A DNA stretch of 64,000 nucleotides from Phoronis australis. Taxonomy: Eukaryota > Animalia > Phoronida. Each line of letters opens with the position of its first letter. The first letter of the stretch is position 1. The stretch is from positions 1,229,788-1,293,787 of the forward strand of contig NMRA01000027.1 in assembly GCA_002633005.1 (NCBI GenBank), written 5' to 3'. The notes beneath the pieces were generated by a model. The model saw only the letters and a list, made by a program, of their open reading frames with translations. It was not told the origin of the DNA and did not search any database. The translations under genes and the position numbers were made by a program. Shown here one piece after another: positions 26,201-41,200 of this stretch.

Positions 26201-29200
26201 GTGAGATGAAGGATTTTTCTGATCTGTGCATGAAAAGAAGTCAGATGACTTGGCACCTCATCTGGTGAAGCAGACGTTCGTGAAGGTTAAGCAGACGTGC
26301 ATGAAGGTGTACAGTAGAGGCTGGTGCAGAATACCAAGAGCTTCAGTAAACAACCTCAACCATACACTAATGTCCTAGTGAATTAAAAAAATCTTCTGAT
26401 TTTGTACGTAGCGATATAAATGTGAAGAGATTTGTTGACATTGGGGAATCTGGTTTTTAAGCATATCAGATGTTTATATTTGGTCATTTCGAGATGTGAA
26501 TTAATGGTATCAACATTTCTGGAGTTATTTTCATGAGTACAGCAGTCTTTCTGTTGATCAAAACCTGATTATATCACTTTTTTGTAATCAATATTGTCCG
26601 AGACTAAAACAAGACAAAACAGAACTATCGTTATCGATTGTTCTAGTTGTAATCTATCGTGTTAGTTTCTTGTGAGTTTGGTACGGTCGCGCAGGATAAC
26701 GCGGCTAGTGAAAGGTCAAATCCTACAAAAATTTTACAAGTCTGCAATTGTTACTGTAAAATGTGCCCAAATTTTGAGAACTAGTTTTCCCCACTAAATA
26801 ACGGGCATCAAACTGGTTCTCAAAATGCGGGCACGTCATGTAAGCCTATTGCCTACAAGTGTTTAAAACGTTTTCCTGACAGTCGGCCATGTTTTTGTGA
26901 TCCTGTGTTTATCTATGTAAACTTTGCCAGGAGGTTTCTGCCCCAGAATTGTCAGGTGATATTGAGCTTGTTGATTGATTTGTTTTATTTTAAACATGTG
27001 AAAAAGCTATGAATAAAGCATCGAATTTTCTCTTTTTATTGCAATTTTGGTAGTGTCAAAAACACACTCTACCAGCGAGTCATGGTACTCCTACCCTCTT
27101 GTAACCTATGTCTTATTCTCTCGTGAAAATGGCATTTATGATCTCTTGTGCAAAGTACAATAGTTGATTTATTTTTTTCTACACCGGATGTGCGTCAACA
27201 AAACTGCTCTTTGTTCTTTCAGCCCGTCACCCACGACGAAGTTGAGAAAGCGGCCAAGATCTCCCCACTTGCCATGAGTCTGGTCAAACCCCCTGACCCT
27301 GAGATCCTGCGCGGCATGCCAATCTCAGCTCAATGGGACCTGATACAGAGGAACGCAGAGGTGACCCTGGGGAACAGTCCCAGCTCCCGACCTGGGTCAA
27401 ATCCCACCTCTCGCAGTGGCTCGTTTTCTGAAACCATACCCAAGCCAGGTGAGAATATGTACAAGGTTTCTTCAAATATACCGAACTCATAAAATTGTAA
27501 TTTATCTTTAAATCCATGAACTTTTTCAAATGTGCTTTGACAAACTTCAGTCTTAGGATCATCTTTCGCAAAATAAGTGTACATGTCTGAAAAATTAGAA
27601 GTTAAAAGTTTAAACAAAAAAATGTTCATTGTTTTTTATTTACCCTGCAATTTCTAGACCTAGTTGCTGGCCCCTCAATTGGGTGTCAATCGTGATAATA
27701 AAATTGAAGTTAGAGGTCGCTGCTTATGCTGTAGATGGGAGGAAATGTCAGATGAAAAAAGATGACTGGACTCTTCAGACTTTCTGGGCATACCCACCAA
27801 TCCTAAGTAATACTGGACAACTGAAGATTTTAATTTCTCATCTTGAGTTTTATCAACTCAGTCATCTTTTATACTTCACATTTTCTTGTGTTAAAAATTT
27901 TAACAATGGTCTTGATATTGCATTGCTCAATATATGGGGCAGGTCATCAGGTAGTGTTTGGGTGTGTTCAGGAATCACTGTTACAGTTTTGATTTCCATC
28001 TTGCAGCTTTGAAAAAATCCACAGAAACAGTGCCTAAAGCTTTGCACGAGAATATCCCCGAGTCTCAACCAGTAATCAGTTCCAGCACGCCTCAACCTAA
28101 GTCTGAAGTCACAGGTAGTGTGGAGGACAAAGCGCAAGCCACATCCAGAATTGTTGTCGCGGAAACACAGGAAGAACAACCTGTCGAGATAGGAGCAGGG
28201 GATTCCCAAAGTGTTAAGACTCTGGCAGAACCAGCTCCTTCTAAGGTTGTCAATGATGCCAGCGCGAGACGAAAAGTTAGCGCTGAAGCTCGACGATCTA
28301 GAGACTTGAACAGGTAAGTTTGTGGTCTGTGGTGTGTGGAAGGAAAGGAAATTTGTAACAGGAAATGGTGTTTTTCACAATTTTGCTGGCTTATTGAGTT
28401 TTGTTAGCCAAGGTGGGGACCCTAGACTGTCCTATCCTGCTGGATTTATTGTGAGGTATGGTGACAGAAGAGTGCAGTACACACTAAAAATAATCAGATA
28501 AAATTCTGTTTCGTTGTCATGGCTGGTACTGATTTCTCTTCATTCTAACTACTTTGACTGTGCCCTGTACCGTGATGATGGGGGAATTCCACTTGCGCTC
28601 AATATTCATTACTGGAAATGAATGACGTTTTGGGTCGTTTGGTTTTGGTCTATACTGTGGTTTTCTGGCTCATTAATATTTGTGTTTGTATGCATGTGTT
28701 GCTGGAGAGGTGCACTGCAGGCCTTGTTCCTGTGTATATGTTATTGAACATTGCACTGGCCTTTTCTGTTCTAAGCTTCCTCAGAGCCCTATCATAAGCT
28801 CGGAATGACGCAAGCTCTTGTATGGCACACAATGCAACTGGTCTGGCTAGTGGGTCTTTTCCAGCAGAAAATAAAGCTTGTCCAATATTTGTTAACAGTC
28901 ATTGGACTAGAGATTTTGCTGTAAGCTGTCTCCTAATTTATGGTCATGAGGATGTTGCCACTTCAATAGCAATGGTTTAACCATTCATTATACCGCAGTC
29001 ACGTGTAATTTTTATAATAAGGCTGATAGGACATTTGATTAGAGGCCAAGTTAGACACTTATGAAACATCCTGTGCGTAGTTAGCATAACAAATACCTAC
29101 TACAGGGTTAATAGTTTGGCCAATCACATGCGATCACCATGGGTGGTGAGAGCCTAACAAGGAAGTGGGATTCTCTCAATGAGAAGGCTGTCCTGGCATG

Positions 29201-32200
29201 TGATTTGGAGTCCGACCATAAGGAGGTGGGTTAGAGGTCTGATGAGCATTCACGTATGAAATTTTATGCAGACGTGAAATATGCTGGCATGTGAATGCTG
29301 TATTAGTGGTCCCTCAAGTACAACATTGAGTTACACTCAAAACATCATAGCTTGTCAACTTTTTCTGATTAGCACCTCTTTAAAGCTATGTGATTACCTA
29401 ATCATTATGTCGTTGGACCTCTAGTCTTGAGTCATTGCTCTGTTCCTATTGTGACTGCTACATCTTCATATTGATTATGTAATGATTATGTAATCAAAGT
29501 TGTCCATCCAATGGTGAGTACACATTTTCTTAAAGATGTATTAGCATGCTTGTAGCTATGCTAATGTATAGCAGGAACTGCACAATAATGCTATTTTAGC
29601 ATAATCTACGAAGTGCTGTTGTATTCAGTGACAACTTGTAAATGTGAAAACAATTCTGCAAATAGGTGACCTTTGCACTAATGACTACCTTGTGGACTCA
29701 CACAGCCTGCATCATGCAGTGTTATTCCCTAACACAACCTCACCATACTTACTGGACACAAAGGTTCAGTGACTTGCAGCACTTACTGGACACGGTTGTG
29801 CTTCTAACAAATTTGGTCAAGCAATCACAGGAGATAAGGAATTAGCCTGCAAGTTCCACTTTAAAGTGGTGAGGAACCTCATTTTTGGCCTACTGTGAAA
29901 CGTAATATCTCAGAAATGGATCATCGGGTTGAAATGAAGCTTTTGCATTAAACGGCATTATGCATTATGCATTATGCATTTCTCCAAAATGCTGTTAAGA
30001 GCCTTTCCGAATGTTTGACAAAGGCATTCTTGAAAATGGAGACATCCTTGCTGTTACGAAAATATTAATATTTTTATCTCAAAAGTTGCATATAATAAAA
30101 TGAAAATTAGAAAAGTGGAGTGTTTTAGATTTCATAGTGAATATTCATGATGAAAAACTTGTTTTGCTTCGACTGATTTTTTAATCTTTGTTTTTTAACG
30201 CTTACTTAAAATTGGGTTGCTTTTCCGATCAAGAACTGATTGGTGTAAAATTCAGGTATATAAACTTTTGCACTTTCAGCAGTTGCCTAAAGTTTCTGGG
30301 TTAAACTCTGTCATTTTTTTAGATATATATAATTATGCTTTCACACAGAGATTTTATGTAGAATGTGTTACGATAATTACCATACTGTGGGGATAAACGC
30401 CCAACCCCTGATTTTTTGAGTTCCAAATTCATCCATCATCTTTCGTTTATTTCTATTAAAGGCCTCTGGCCCAAAGTACAATAAACAAAAAGTAAACAGG
30501 CACATGCAGTCAATTCATTTAAGAAAGGTATCTACTTTTTTAAGGACAATACACATATTTAATAACAGACACATCTGGATTAGCTAGCAGGCGTATACAG
30601 GATTCTTGAGTTGGGTGCTTCCATTAAACTTCTTTCATAAAACATGACTTACGTAAGTTCATAATATCCCTTGCAAGCCAACAGGAAGTGGTATTCATCC
30701 TCTGCAAGACCATCATTGCAAATCAAACGTAATCTATTGTCGTATAACACTTTCTCGTCCCTACGCACTTCCAGTTGGAGCTACGCTACCGAGTGAACGC
30801 TTGAATAAGACTGTGAGGTAGTGGTAACTTAAGATGTGGTTCAAAACAGTACTGAGTCTTAAAATTACAATAGTATTTAAGTTTTGCATTATGCTTAATT
30901 TCTGATCGCCAACCATGCTTATAGCAGTCATTAACTCTTTGCACGAAGATACTTAAAAACGAAACTTCGCACGTGACACCTTAATTTAACCAAATTTCAT
31001 AAAAACCTTATTTTGATAGCAATTGTCTAACATAAGATATCCAAGTATTTCTTCCATTCCAATCTAAATCAGCTAACAGGTCATAAGCTGTTTTAGCGTA
31101 TCTAGTAGGTGGCATTTTCAACAACTCTAGCCAATATTTTACACATGTGACAATAGTACTTCGTTCCCAATTCAAGTACTCCAGGTAATGATAAAGTGTA
31201 CCTTCTAATTGACAAAATGAATTTGTTATGAATAACCATCAATGCGCTTGGTATTAAAACCAAAATCCTATCTGTCTTTTCCCAATAACATGAACAAAAT
31301 GTCTAATTGATTTCTAACTCATAGATGTTATGAAGGACTTAGAAAATGTCCAATTTTAGCTAAAAGGGCAAGTTAGATCTCAGAAACCCCTGGTCTGATT
31401 CAATTCTCGTTCAAGTAAAACTCTCACGTGGTATATTTTATGCAGTGTTCTCTAAAACGCTGGTCTACTTTTGCATAAGGAGCTATCCAAGATAAGATTT
31501 TTATAAAAAAATCTAATACACAATTTGCTCAAAATGGAAATGAACTGATATTTCAGAAAAATGCAACGATTTTTGAGAATCCGTCTTACAAATTTATATC
31601 AAATGAAATTTCGTCATGTTATTGATTGATACTGTTTGGTTTGGTTTACTTTGATTGTACCTTTCTGTTTTTGCTTCACTTTATCACAAAGATGCGGTTT
31701 GATTTTAAAAATTGCAATCTACAGACTTTTTACTTTCAGAAAGTTTATATCTTTACAGAAGCAGTTGCTGCAGTCTTGTAGACACTGTCAATAGCTTCCT
31801 AAATAACCTTAAACTGTGCTTTGTCCACCGAAGGGTTTTGTCAATGTTTCCCTGGCTGTTAAATCGAATCTTATTTATTTTGAAAGGAAATCCATCTTAG
31901 AAATTAAAAATCACAAGCAAGTACTTTTGAATCATTGACACTTTATGGTTACAATGAGCATCAGTAATTCCTTCTGGTTAATTACAATGATTTGATTGAA
32001 ACTTCATTGAGCTAGTTGTTAGAATGATACATGTATGTGGTTGGCCGATACAATGGCTGATTGTGACTGTGGCTGTAGATTGTATTTACATGAAGTGAAC
32101 AAGGTCACTTTACATGTGACATTTATAATATACTCCAGGGTGATTACACACACAGGTTTGTAATTTCAATGCAGTTATACTGGCAAGGCTAAATGTATAA

Positions 32201-35200
32201 AAGGCTGACCCTAGATGTATAGATGGCAAGTCTGGATCTTCAGTGCTAAATACATGTGACCATGGGTGATAGTCAGAATGTCTAATTGATGACGGGGTAG
32301 TTTTCCCGCCTACCTTTTCAGCAGGTAGGTTTTATGCAACACCTGTAATATAGGAGTATCTTAGCTGGCCTTTAATGTCCATTTGATAAATATATGCTGT
32401 GGTGTTTCCTGTGATCTGAAGGAAGAAGATATGAATTCGGTTGATCGCAACTGCGTGTGCATCAGCTATGTGATTGAAGGTGGAGATGTTGTCCAGATTA
32501 GATTGGTATGGACTTGGATGGAACGTTTTAAAATGTCTAGGGTAGCTCTGGATTCATTTGCAGTGGTCATTTTTGCCAACATAATGAATGTCTTTGTGGA
32601 ATGAATCCAAATAATTCTGAGGGAGGTCAAGTTATTCTCAGCACCAATAAATCCCCCAGGTTTGCCTGTGGTAATGGTGCGAGTGGTTGACTCCTGGGAT
32701 GATAAGATTACCTGCCAAAATCTATTTTGTTTGTGGTTGAGCTCCAGCAGGGTTGTGTTATACAAGGCATTTAGGCTTCCAGATAACCTGCATTTAGGCT
32801 TCTTTCGAGATAACCTGTGGGACATTATTGACAATTTTGTGTATATAGCCAAATACTGGCATAGTCCGATATATTACACCTGCATATTGAGCACCAGTTT
32901 TCTCCACTGAATAACGGGCATCACACTGGTTCTCAAAATTTGGACTTATTTTATCCAGCTATTGCCCAATTATTAACAAAACTATAGATTTTAACTCGGT
33001 AATAGTATGTATTTCCTGAAAGTCAGAAGCCCATAGATACTTTTGATATTCAACATTATACCAATCTGCCATTAAATGAATGTCTTTTTTTGAAATTTAG
33101 CAAAAAACAAAGGGACATTCATATCATAGCAGTGGAAGCAACATCGTGATCAATTTTGTTTGAAGTCATTATTCAAATTATGTAATCTCAAAAACGTTGT
33201 TACAGGTTTCTAAGTCATTTCGTTTTCATTTTATGCAACTTCGATTTTTTCAGAAATTCATGACAGGCCTGTTTTTGAAAACCCTTCATGCAAGTGGGAA
33301 ACATTTTAAAAACAATTACTAAGATGGTGTTTCAGAATAGTGCATAAATCGTAGTATCTGAAAGTTTCACATTTATCCGACCAGCCATTGTTTAGATATG
33401 GTGTTTCAAAGTTAGCCAAATAACCTTAAAATCTAAAATTCAAGTTTCACTGGCTAAGACTTCAGCAAAAACATTTCGGCTCCCATGTAATCTGTAGTGG
33501 TCTTCCCAACTATCCTGCATTGTTATTTGTTGGTCCATAATTATAATTGAGAGTGGTGGTTGGGTTTGGCTTGGAGTTGAATTCACCCTATTGTCAGCAA
33601 CAGAATGAGTGGGTGTGACAGACAGTGCATCAACATCCTGTGTGTACATGTGTGCAGAGAGGGATCTGTCCACTCTGATATATGAAGTTGGTGGTGATTT
33701 ACTGGTCTGAGAGAAGCCAGTGAGTCTACCATGTACACCTAGTGCTGTGGTCTGCCACTGAGCCATTTAGTGATCGTACCTCTCTGCAACTCAGCATATT
33801 GTTGTGGCCAAGTGCTCAAGTTTGCAGCAGGATTGAGGCTTGATGGTGCATCTATTGTGATGTGTACTGGTACGGTAGTGTCTTGTTATGAGAATGTGGT
33901 GATGTTGTATTCAGCTTTGGAGAGGTTAGTGTGTTGTTCATGTTGGAGATCTTTTGAGGGTATGAAAATAATGTAGGTTATACCTGGCAAGTATTCTATG
34001 TTGAGTAAACCTTGACAGTATAAAAAGTACCAAGTTGTCATTTGCGACCTGGCCAAAATCCCAGCTCGCAATTATGATGTTCATCTTGTGCACACTTTGG
34101 CAGCTAAAAACAAAAAACTCTGTTGAGGCCCTTTTCAGTGTTGCAGCACTTGTATTTTCCACTTTGACTAAAATACAAGATGCTGTTGGTGCAATTTTGG
34201 GTGATGTGACTGGTTTGCCCGAGTTCAGTATGTCCAAGTAGTGCACATGTAACTAATGTGAGTTAGCCGAAATCTCTGCTCGCATTTCCAAGTTTTAGGT
34301 CCCATTTGTTGCTCATGAAAGGGAGTTCTGTTGGACGTGTCTGTGCTCAGTAACAACTGATTGATTATATATAGCCTTGACTTGTGTAATGGAAATGGAC
34401 ATATCTAAGTTATTTTGACCAATGCTGGGTAAAGACTGGAGTTTGTGATTTTTCTGACTAGCAAAACTGTATGTTTGTATGTGCATGGGCAAAGATTTCA
34501 CTGTTTGTGATGTAACACCGTTCATCTAAAGATGATTTTAGAATCTCACATGTTGGCTGATGCCTCATCAGCGTTTCTCCAAGTCAAAACCTCAAGTTCC
34601 CATCTAGCACACCCGTAAAGACACCTACTGGAAATTGACTGAAGCTTCCTTGTTCCTGCCTCTGCATGTATAGTACTAAACCAAAAGTGTTCCGAAAAAT
34701 TGACCTGGAATTCCCCCCCCCCCNNNNNNNNNNNNNNNNNNNNNNNNNNNNAATCCCCCCCCCCCCCCACATCACAGGTGGGAAGAATCCGAATTCACCA
34801 TCATCCCTCATGACCAAGAATGAAACAGAATTATCACGAAAGTTAGTGAGGTGGCAAAGTCATTTTGTAATTAGAAGTTTACCATCTTGATGGTTATTTT
34901 TGCCATTAACAGGATGAGCCTTCATGGGGGGTGGGCTTTATTTTGTCTGGTTACATTTGTTTTGTATTAGTAGCTGGAGTCTGATGAGACTCCTGTCCTC
35001 TCCTGACTAGACTGGATGCTATGTATATTGCACCATTATGAGTCTGTAATGAGCTGGTCTTAATCAGATTATAGAATTATACAGCTAAGTGACTGGAATG
35101 CAAATGACTAGACAACAAGGGCTAATAAATGCCTGGAGCTCATAACATGTTGGATTTATGTGTGCATGGTCCAAATTGCCTCTTAAAAACTAGGATTTTG

Positions 35201-38200
35201 TTAAGAGTATCAACTGCAATGTTGAAAACAGTGACTCACTGCCATGTAGGTTTATGCATCAAGCCACGATGTCATTGGTTGTCTATAATGTGTTAAAAGT
35301 GACTTATTAAGAAAAACAGGTTGCTTGTGGTCGGCTGACTACAATGCAACATCTCATGTGTAAAGCAGAATCGGTCATTCAGATAACCCGTCTAAGATTT
35401 CTGGGTTTTTCTGTTAAATTCATGTTTTTTGGTAGTTCCTCAGTTAAATCTCATTACCGTACTGTAGGCATTTATGCACATGAATGCTGTCTGAATTTTA
35501 ATAGCAAGGTTCTTGTGTTGGCAAGTTTTTACAATCCATTTTCTCTTTAAGAGAATGTTGCGAGATTTAAATTTTGCTATGCAAACCTACTGTTTTACTG
35601 GTGCTTGAGCTCATTCTCTGATGTTGGCACAGATGGATGTAGTGTTCACTCTACAGTCTGGAGTCCCCATGTTCAACACATGAACATGCTGTCAAATTCT
35701 GCTACTTGGTCTAGATCTAGGTTAAATATGCCCAAGGTATTGTTTGTAAACACTAAATAGTCATATTTTGAAGTGGTACTTCATCTTACTGACAAGGTAA
35801 TGTTCACACTGTATTTGATGATCATTCATTGTCCAGTCGCATGGCAACTTTGGGTGCTTTATACTGCTTAACAGAATTTTGGTTATAATTGTTGGTCATA
35901 GTCATGGATATTTCCCTGCAGTCATCCTTAGTTCTGATTTTGCACTGGAATATTTTTAAAGCATTATACTTCATCAAGGAAGTTGCCCCTTGACTATCAG
36001 TCATTTGGCCTGTTATCAGTCCTATCCCTGAAGGACATAATCTATGCTCTTCAATGTCCCTTATCAGCAAAGCTTTATAACTGTGTATAATGCAACATGT
36101 AAGGTAACTCTGGTTACAGTCACACACTGAACTAAAAGTGTTGTGTCTGGGTGTCCAAGCAGTGTCCGCTAGGGTTTTGTCTGGGCCTCCTGTGCTGTTG
36201 GTCTTCAGCATTAGAGCAAGCAGGTGACTTGGTAGGATCTTGTTTTTGAGAAGTTATACCTTTGGCTCAGGTTGACCAGTTGGAGTTTTGAAAATTACCT
36301 GTGTCATCAGCCTTCTGTAGACGTTAACTGTGGTACAATGCTGACACGGTGCATGCTGATTGGTGTCAAGCAGCTCTGTACACACTGAACTCGGAAAAGG
36401 AGGCAAGGTGGAAATTGTTGAAGAAATGTGGATTGTGCATACTGAAGGTTACATGTGTGTGGGAGTAACAATTTATGTTGAGAAAAAGAAAATTGTGCAA
36501 GTTGTTTCATATTTAGAAGCAACAACTATTGAACTAAACAAGTAAAATATGTGGCGCGGAATTGGTCACCTACGTGTAACTTTTGTACTCGTATCTGCTT
36601 TGCCCCAGTTGCATTCCATAGGACAAAGGTGTATGGTCATATCTGAACATTAGTGCCCAGGTGGGATACTTTTCTTCAGGTGGGACATTGTTCTTAAGGT
36701 GGGACACTATTCTCCAGGTGTCCACAGGTGGCCGCAGGCAGTACTGAGACACCAGGTGATTGGATAGTAGTTTCATCAATATCCTGTCAGTGGTGTTGAA
36801 ATTGGTCTTGGTTTTACCTTGCTTTTGATCTTTGTTTATAAGAATTTATATCAACCTTGATAACAAGCTGAATTATAGAAGATGGGGTTGTTAAATGAGA
36901 TAAGAAGTGCTTGATTTGTATTATTTATTGTTTTGAAACTTGGAAAATTTTCGTTGCAGGACAAACTATTTCTTATTTTACAATTAATGAGTAGAATTGT
37001 TTGACATGGCTGAAGCTGGTTGCAATAGCGAGGTGTGTCCGACATGCGTGTGGCTCCAAAATGTACACTTGCTAGAGTCTTGTTCTATGTGGTCTTACAG
37101 TTGTGTATGATCTACTGATATCTTTTCATGTTTACACAACTGGCTGATTGGTTTCCTGTTTTCTACAGATTGAGTGTCTCTAACTGTTTCCAGGTTTAGA
37201 TGACTTTAAGGATATCTTAAGCCTTATCCACAAGAATTGACCTAGCAAAACACCTTATCTTCATTCTCGAGGAACTTCAAATACAAAATATATACCAAAT
37301 AGCTTGAAAAAAAAAGATTTAGCAGAATGACCTTCAATGGCGTGGAAATTTGTTTACTACTTATCCGAGGTCAAAGGTTGCAAATCCAATCTTTTCCACG
37401 GAGAGCAGTACCTTATGTACCCTCAGTGCTTTCATTCCCCTAGTCCACATAATATAACGAATGGAATACCTTTTTGGAGAGTTGTTTGGGTATTGGGGTT
37501 TAACTGTGGTTTCCTGAATGTTATGACTGACTGATTGTGTTAATGTGACTTCTGTAACAGCCCTGTGTGAAATGAGCCATGTTCTGTAGATGGCCCAGTA
37601 CAGTGTGAACCCAAAGCTGAGCGTCAATGTAAACTGCAAAGTTAACCAAACTGTTCATACTGGCTTTGATAGTTAACAGACATCGAAGTAAAGGTTAGGT
37701 CACACTCTCGTCATCGAAGTAATATGAAGTAGCGCTGATGCATCACGTGCACGTTAAGATTTTTTATTGTGACAATTTCAGAACATTCACGGGTGTTAAA
37801 TGACATAAAACCTATTTCCAATTCGATTGCCCGTGATTATTCAAGCAAAATATAACCAACTATTAGTGACGACACTGCCCTTTAGTTGTTGACCATAACA
37901 GTGGCCACTGGCAATAACAATCGATGGGACCGAAGTTGACTGTTTTTACAACACCGCAGCACCGATGCTCCACTATTAAATCCACCTATTAACTTCAATC
38001 CAGGACTATTCATTCTGCCCACAACTTCTGAAAACGTTGACGCATCGCGTGGACTTCAGTATGAAAGGGCCTCTACACCGTTCAAGGTCAGCTGTTATGT
38101 CCAAATATTCCAAGCTTTAAAGGCCATTTCTGAGAGATGATGTTAGCCAAAATTGCACATTTCAATGTTCCACATAATCTTAAGAATGGGCAGACGTCAT

Positions 38201-41200
38201 AAACGAACATATGTTGGCCAATTTTAACAATGTAGTGGGCAGTTAAAATGTTATTTGAGTCTTGATGGATGATTATGTTTCTGTCATAGTCTTCTTATTC
38301 AAGGTTGTAAAGCTTGAGTAGGATGAGTATTAATTTAAAGGACCTATCAAACATGGTTGACATACTGTGTACTGCAGGCTGTATGTCTTGTTGCCATGCC
38401 AACAATTACCTGGGAAAATTTTGTGCAGGATTCAGACAAATGTGGTTTGTGTCATGGTCACTCCTGAAGGCTCATCTGGTCACGTGATGGCCTGGCCATT
38501 GAGGCCAAGTTAGTGGGACAAGTGTGCCACTGTAAAAGTGACTGAGACTTGGGTTTTGAGTTGATGTTTGTCACAGCCATTTGACAGGGCATGCTGTCAT
38601 GGGCAGGTGGCTTACTGGACGCCAAGGTACTTATGCAAAGTAGTAGGTCTAGGGTTTTTAGTGACTTTGTATTGATGTTCAAAGGAAGACTTGGCATTCT
38701 AAACAAAAGAAATTTGTTTCCATTCGTATTTCCCTTGGCAGTTCACTTGCTATTGTCCATCGTGTGATGTTAGCATGGACTCCCTACCTGGCGATTAGTG
38801 ACCTCGTCTATTACTGGTAATTAACAGGATAAGTATGATGATATTGATTGTTGTAGCTGTAGACAGCATTAGATGTGTCAGCCAGCTGTTATTACGTGTT
38901 GATGCTATATTTGATAACCTTATTCAAACGGCCATCAGAAGTACTGTATGAGCCAAAAGTATTCAGACAAAATGTCCTGGAATTCCCTGTCATGACAGTT
39001 GCACGGAAACCGAATTTACCATCAGAGTAATCTCTCCTGACGATTGAGGATGAAGGGAAACTAACAGGGTAGTTAGTAATCCGTTGTGTAATTAGAATTT
39101 TGCTGTTCAAATAGTTATTACCTGTCCTTGTTGTTATTAATAAAATTAGCATTTTACTACTGTGATCCAGCTGTCACTGGTTTGTTTCCAGTTGTCTGCA
39201 TCAGTGTTTGTATGTTTCTTTGCTTAGCCAGGTGATCAGTGCAATGGGCTCAGCTAAGCTACCTGCACACGTCTGGTACAACGTGTAACAGACTGCCTGC
39301 AATCATTTTTTAATATGGTTAGTTTGATTTGTATTTAAAAGGTACACACGACAAAGTATGACGAATTTTGACATCAACACAATTGGTCTTTTTTCATTTT
39401 CAAAGACTTCTAACATTGTTGTGAATGTTCATTGTTTCTCAAAATAGCGTCTGATAGCTATGGTGTCTAGATACATTTGCACCTTAAGCGAAATTCTTCA
39501 ATTAACCACCAAGTCTCTGAGACTGTAGTGGAGGGCATGTCGTGCCTAAAATCAGCGTAGCCGTAGATCTTAGTCCCTTCGTGGAAATTGCTTTGACTTA
39601 TTTAGGCACGAAACTACTGCTGGGTTATTATTTGTGCCCCTTTAAAAATCTTGAAAATGTCCATTTCTCCCTACTTTGTACTCTGGTCATTAACGTTACG
39701 CACTGGCAGGTAGGTCACGAACGTGAGGTGTTTGCAAGATGGAGTTGCTCTGACATCCTAAAGTTGATTTATTCTCGGAACTCTTTTGGCATTGTTGTGC
39801 AGTTCTGCATACTATAATTCTGTGGGCTATTCGTGACACAGTGTTGTGCCAGCTTCTTGTCCTTGTTCAGTTTGAGTCGTCTTGATAATTGCTTCTATTT
39901 AATCCTTTCTATTTACATGGGTACCAGCTGGTAGAACTTCAAATGATAAACCATTTATTTGATACTTTACATTTTTAAATTCCACTTTTCACCCATTTTG
40001 TGTATTGTCAGGGATATTGTGTCCTAGACTGATGAGATTTGCCTGAAAAATTTTGTTGTCTCTGCTGTAGATTCCACTAACCCACTGTAGGAACCACTGT
40101 GTTTGCAGTTGGCTGGTTTGGTTGACATGCTGCCATTAGCTAAACAGTGTTCCATAGCTGTGCTTCATATTAAGGTTAACATCATTATTAGATCAAAGTG
40201 TGTCCACTGTATTCTGTCACATGATCATAAATCAATAGAGTGTGTGATTCATTTCTTGGCTGGAGTAAAGAAATCTGATCACAGCTTGCAGATGTTTACA
40301 GCTGACAGTCTGTTATGAATGCAGTGAAATAACAAGCTTATCATATACAGCTTGTACAGGTTGGTTGATGGTCTAATGTTGCTGTATGTTTGGACACTTA
40401 AGTGTTATAATTTCAGCTTTGGAAGTTGTTGGAAGCAGGCTCTATTTGAAGTGACACTTATTTACATAAAACTGTAGTCTACTCAACTTTTGCCCTATCT
40501 GTAGTTTTGTAAAATCCATAAACAGAATTTAAAAATCATGTTTGTTGATGTTTGAGTGGGCTCGGCTTACGGTAAAAGTTCTTGAAATTCAAGATTGTCA
40601 CTATACAGTTAAGGAAATTTAAGATTTCCTGTTGATGAGAGAGCATTTCACTTGGCGATATTTTGTAACTGTTGGCATGTTTTTGCTTAAATTTATATTG
40701 TCCAAGATTGCTCATATGTTTCAAAGCCAAAGGCATGCATAATTGACCTTGGATTAAGAATAGAATTCTAGGGTCTAATACGAACATAAGGTTTTTCACA
40801 ATAATTGGTCCAACTAAAAAAGGTACTGAAATAGAAATTCCCTTTTCGAAATAGAATTAGTTACAGGTATGTTCTTAACCAAGCGATGTCTTAATGAAGT
40901 CAATTGTGACGTGTGTCCAAAGAAATTTCAGGTTTCTTGTTCGGATTTAACAGAAATCCCAAGAATTTTTTAACAAGGGCTGTGACAGATTATTAACAGT
41001 ATAGATCAAATATAATACATAAAAGTGTGGTTCCTGTTCCTTTATCAAACTCAGGTGAGCGACACATGAAGGTGACTGTATGTTGTGTGTAATTGGTCTG
41101 TTCTTCTTAGAGAGCAATCTAATGTGACTTGTCTTTGACATGTTATTGATTGACTTGGGGCGAAGCACTAATTAGCTGGTTCTCTAGGTCTCCTTCATGG

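Noticed and set aside
32466-32852. 128-aa minus-strand ORF
   Set aside because: No recognisable domain or splice context; plausible by chance.
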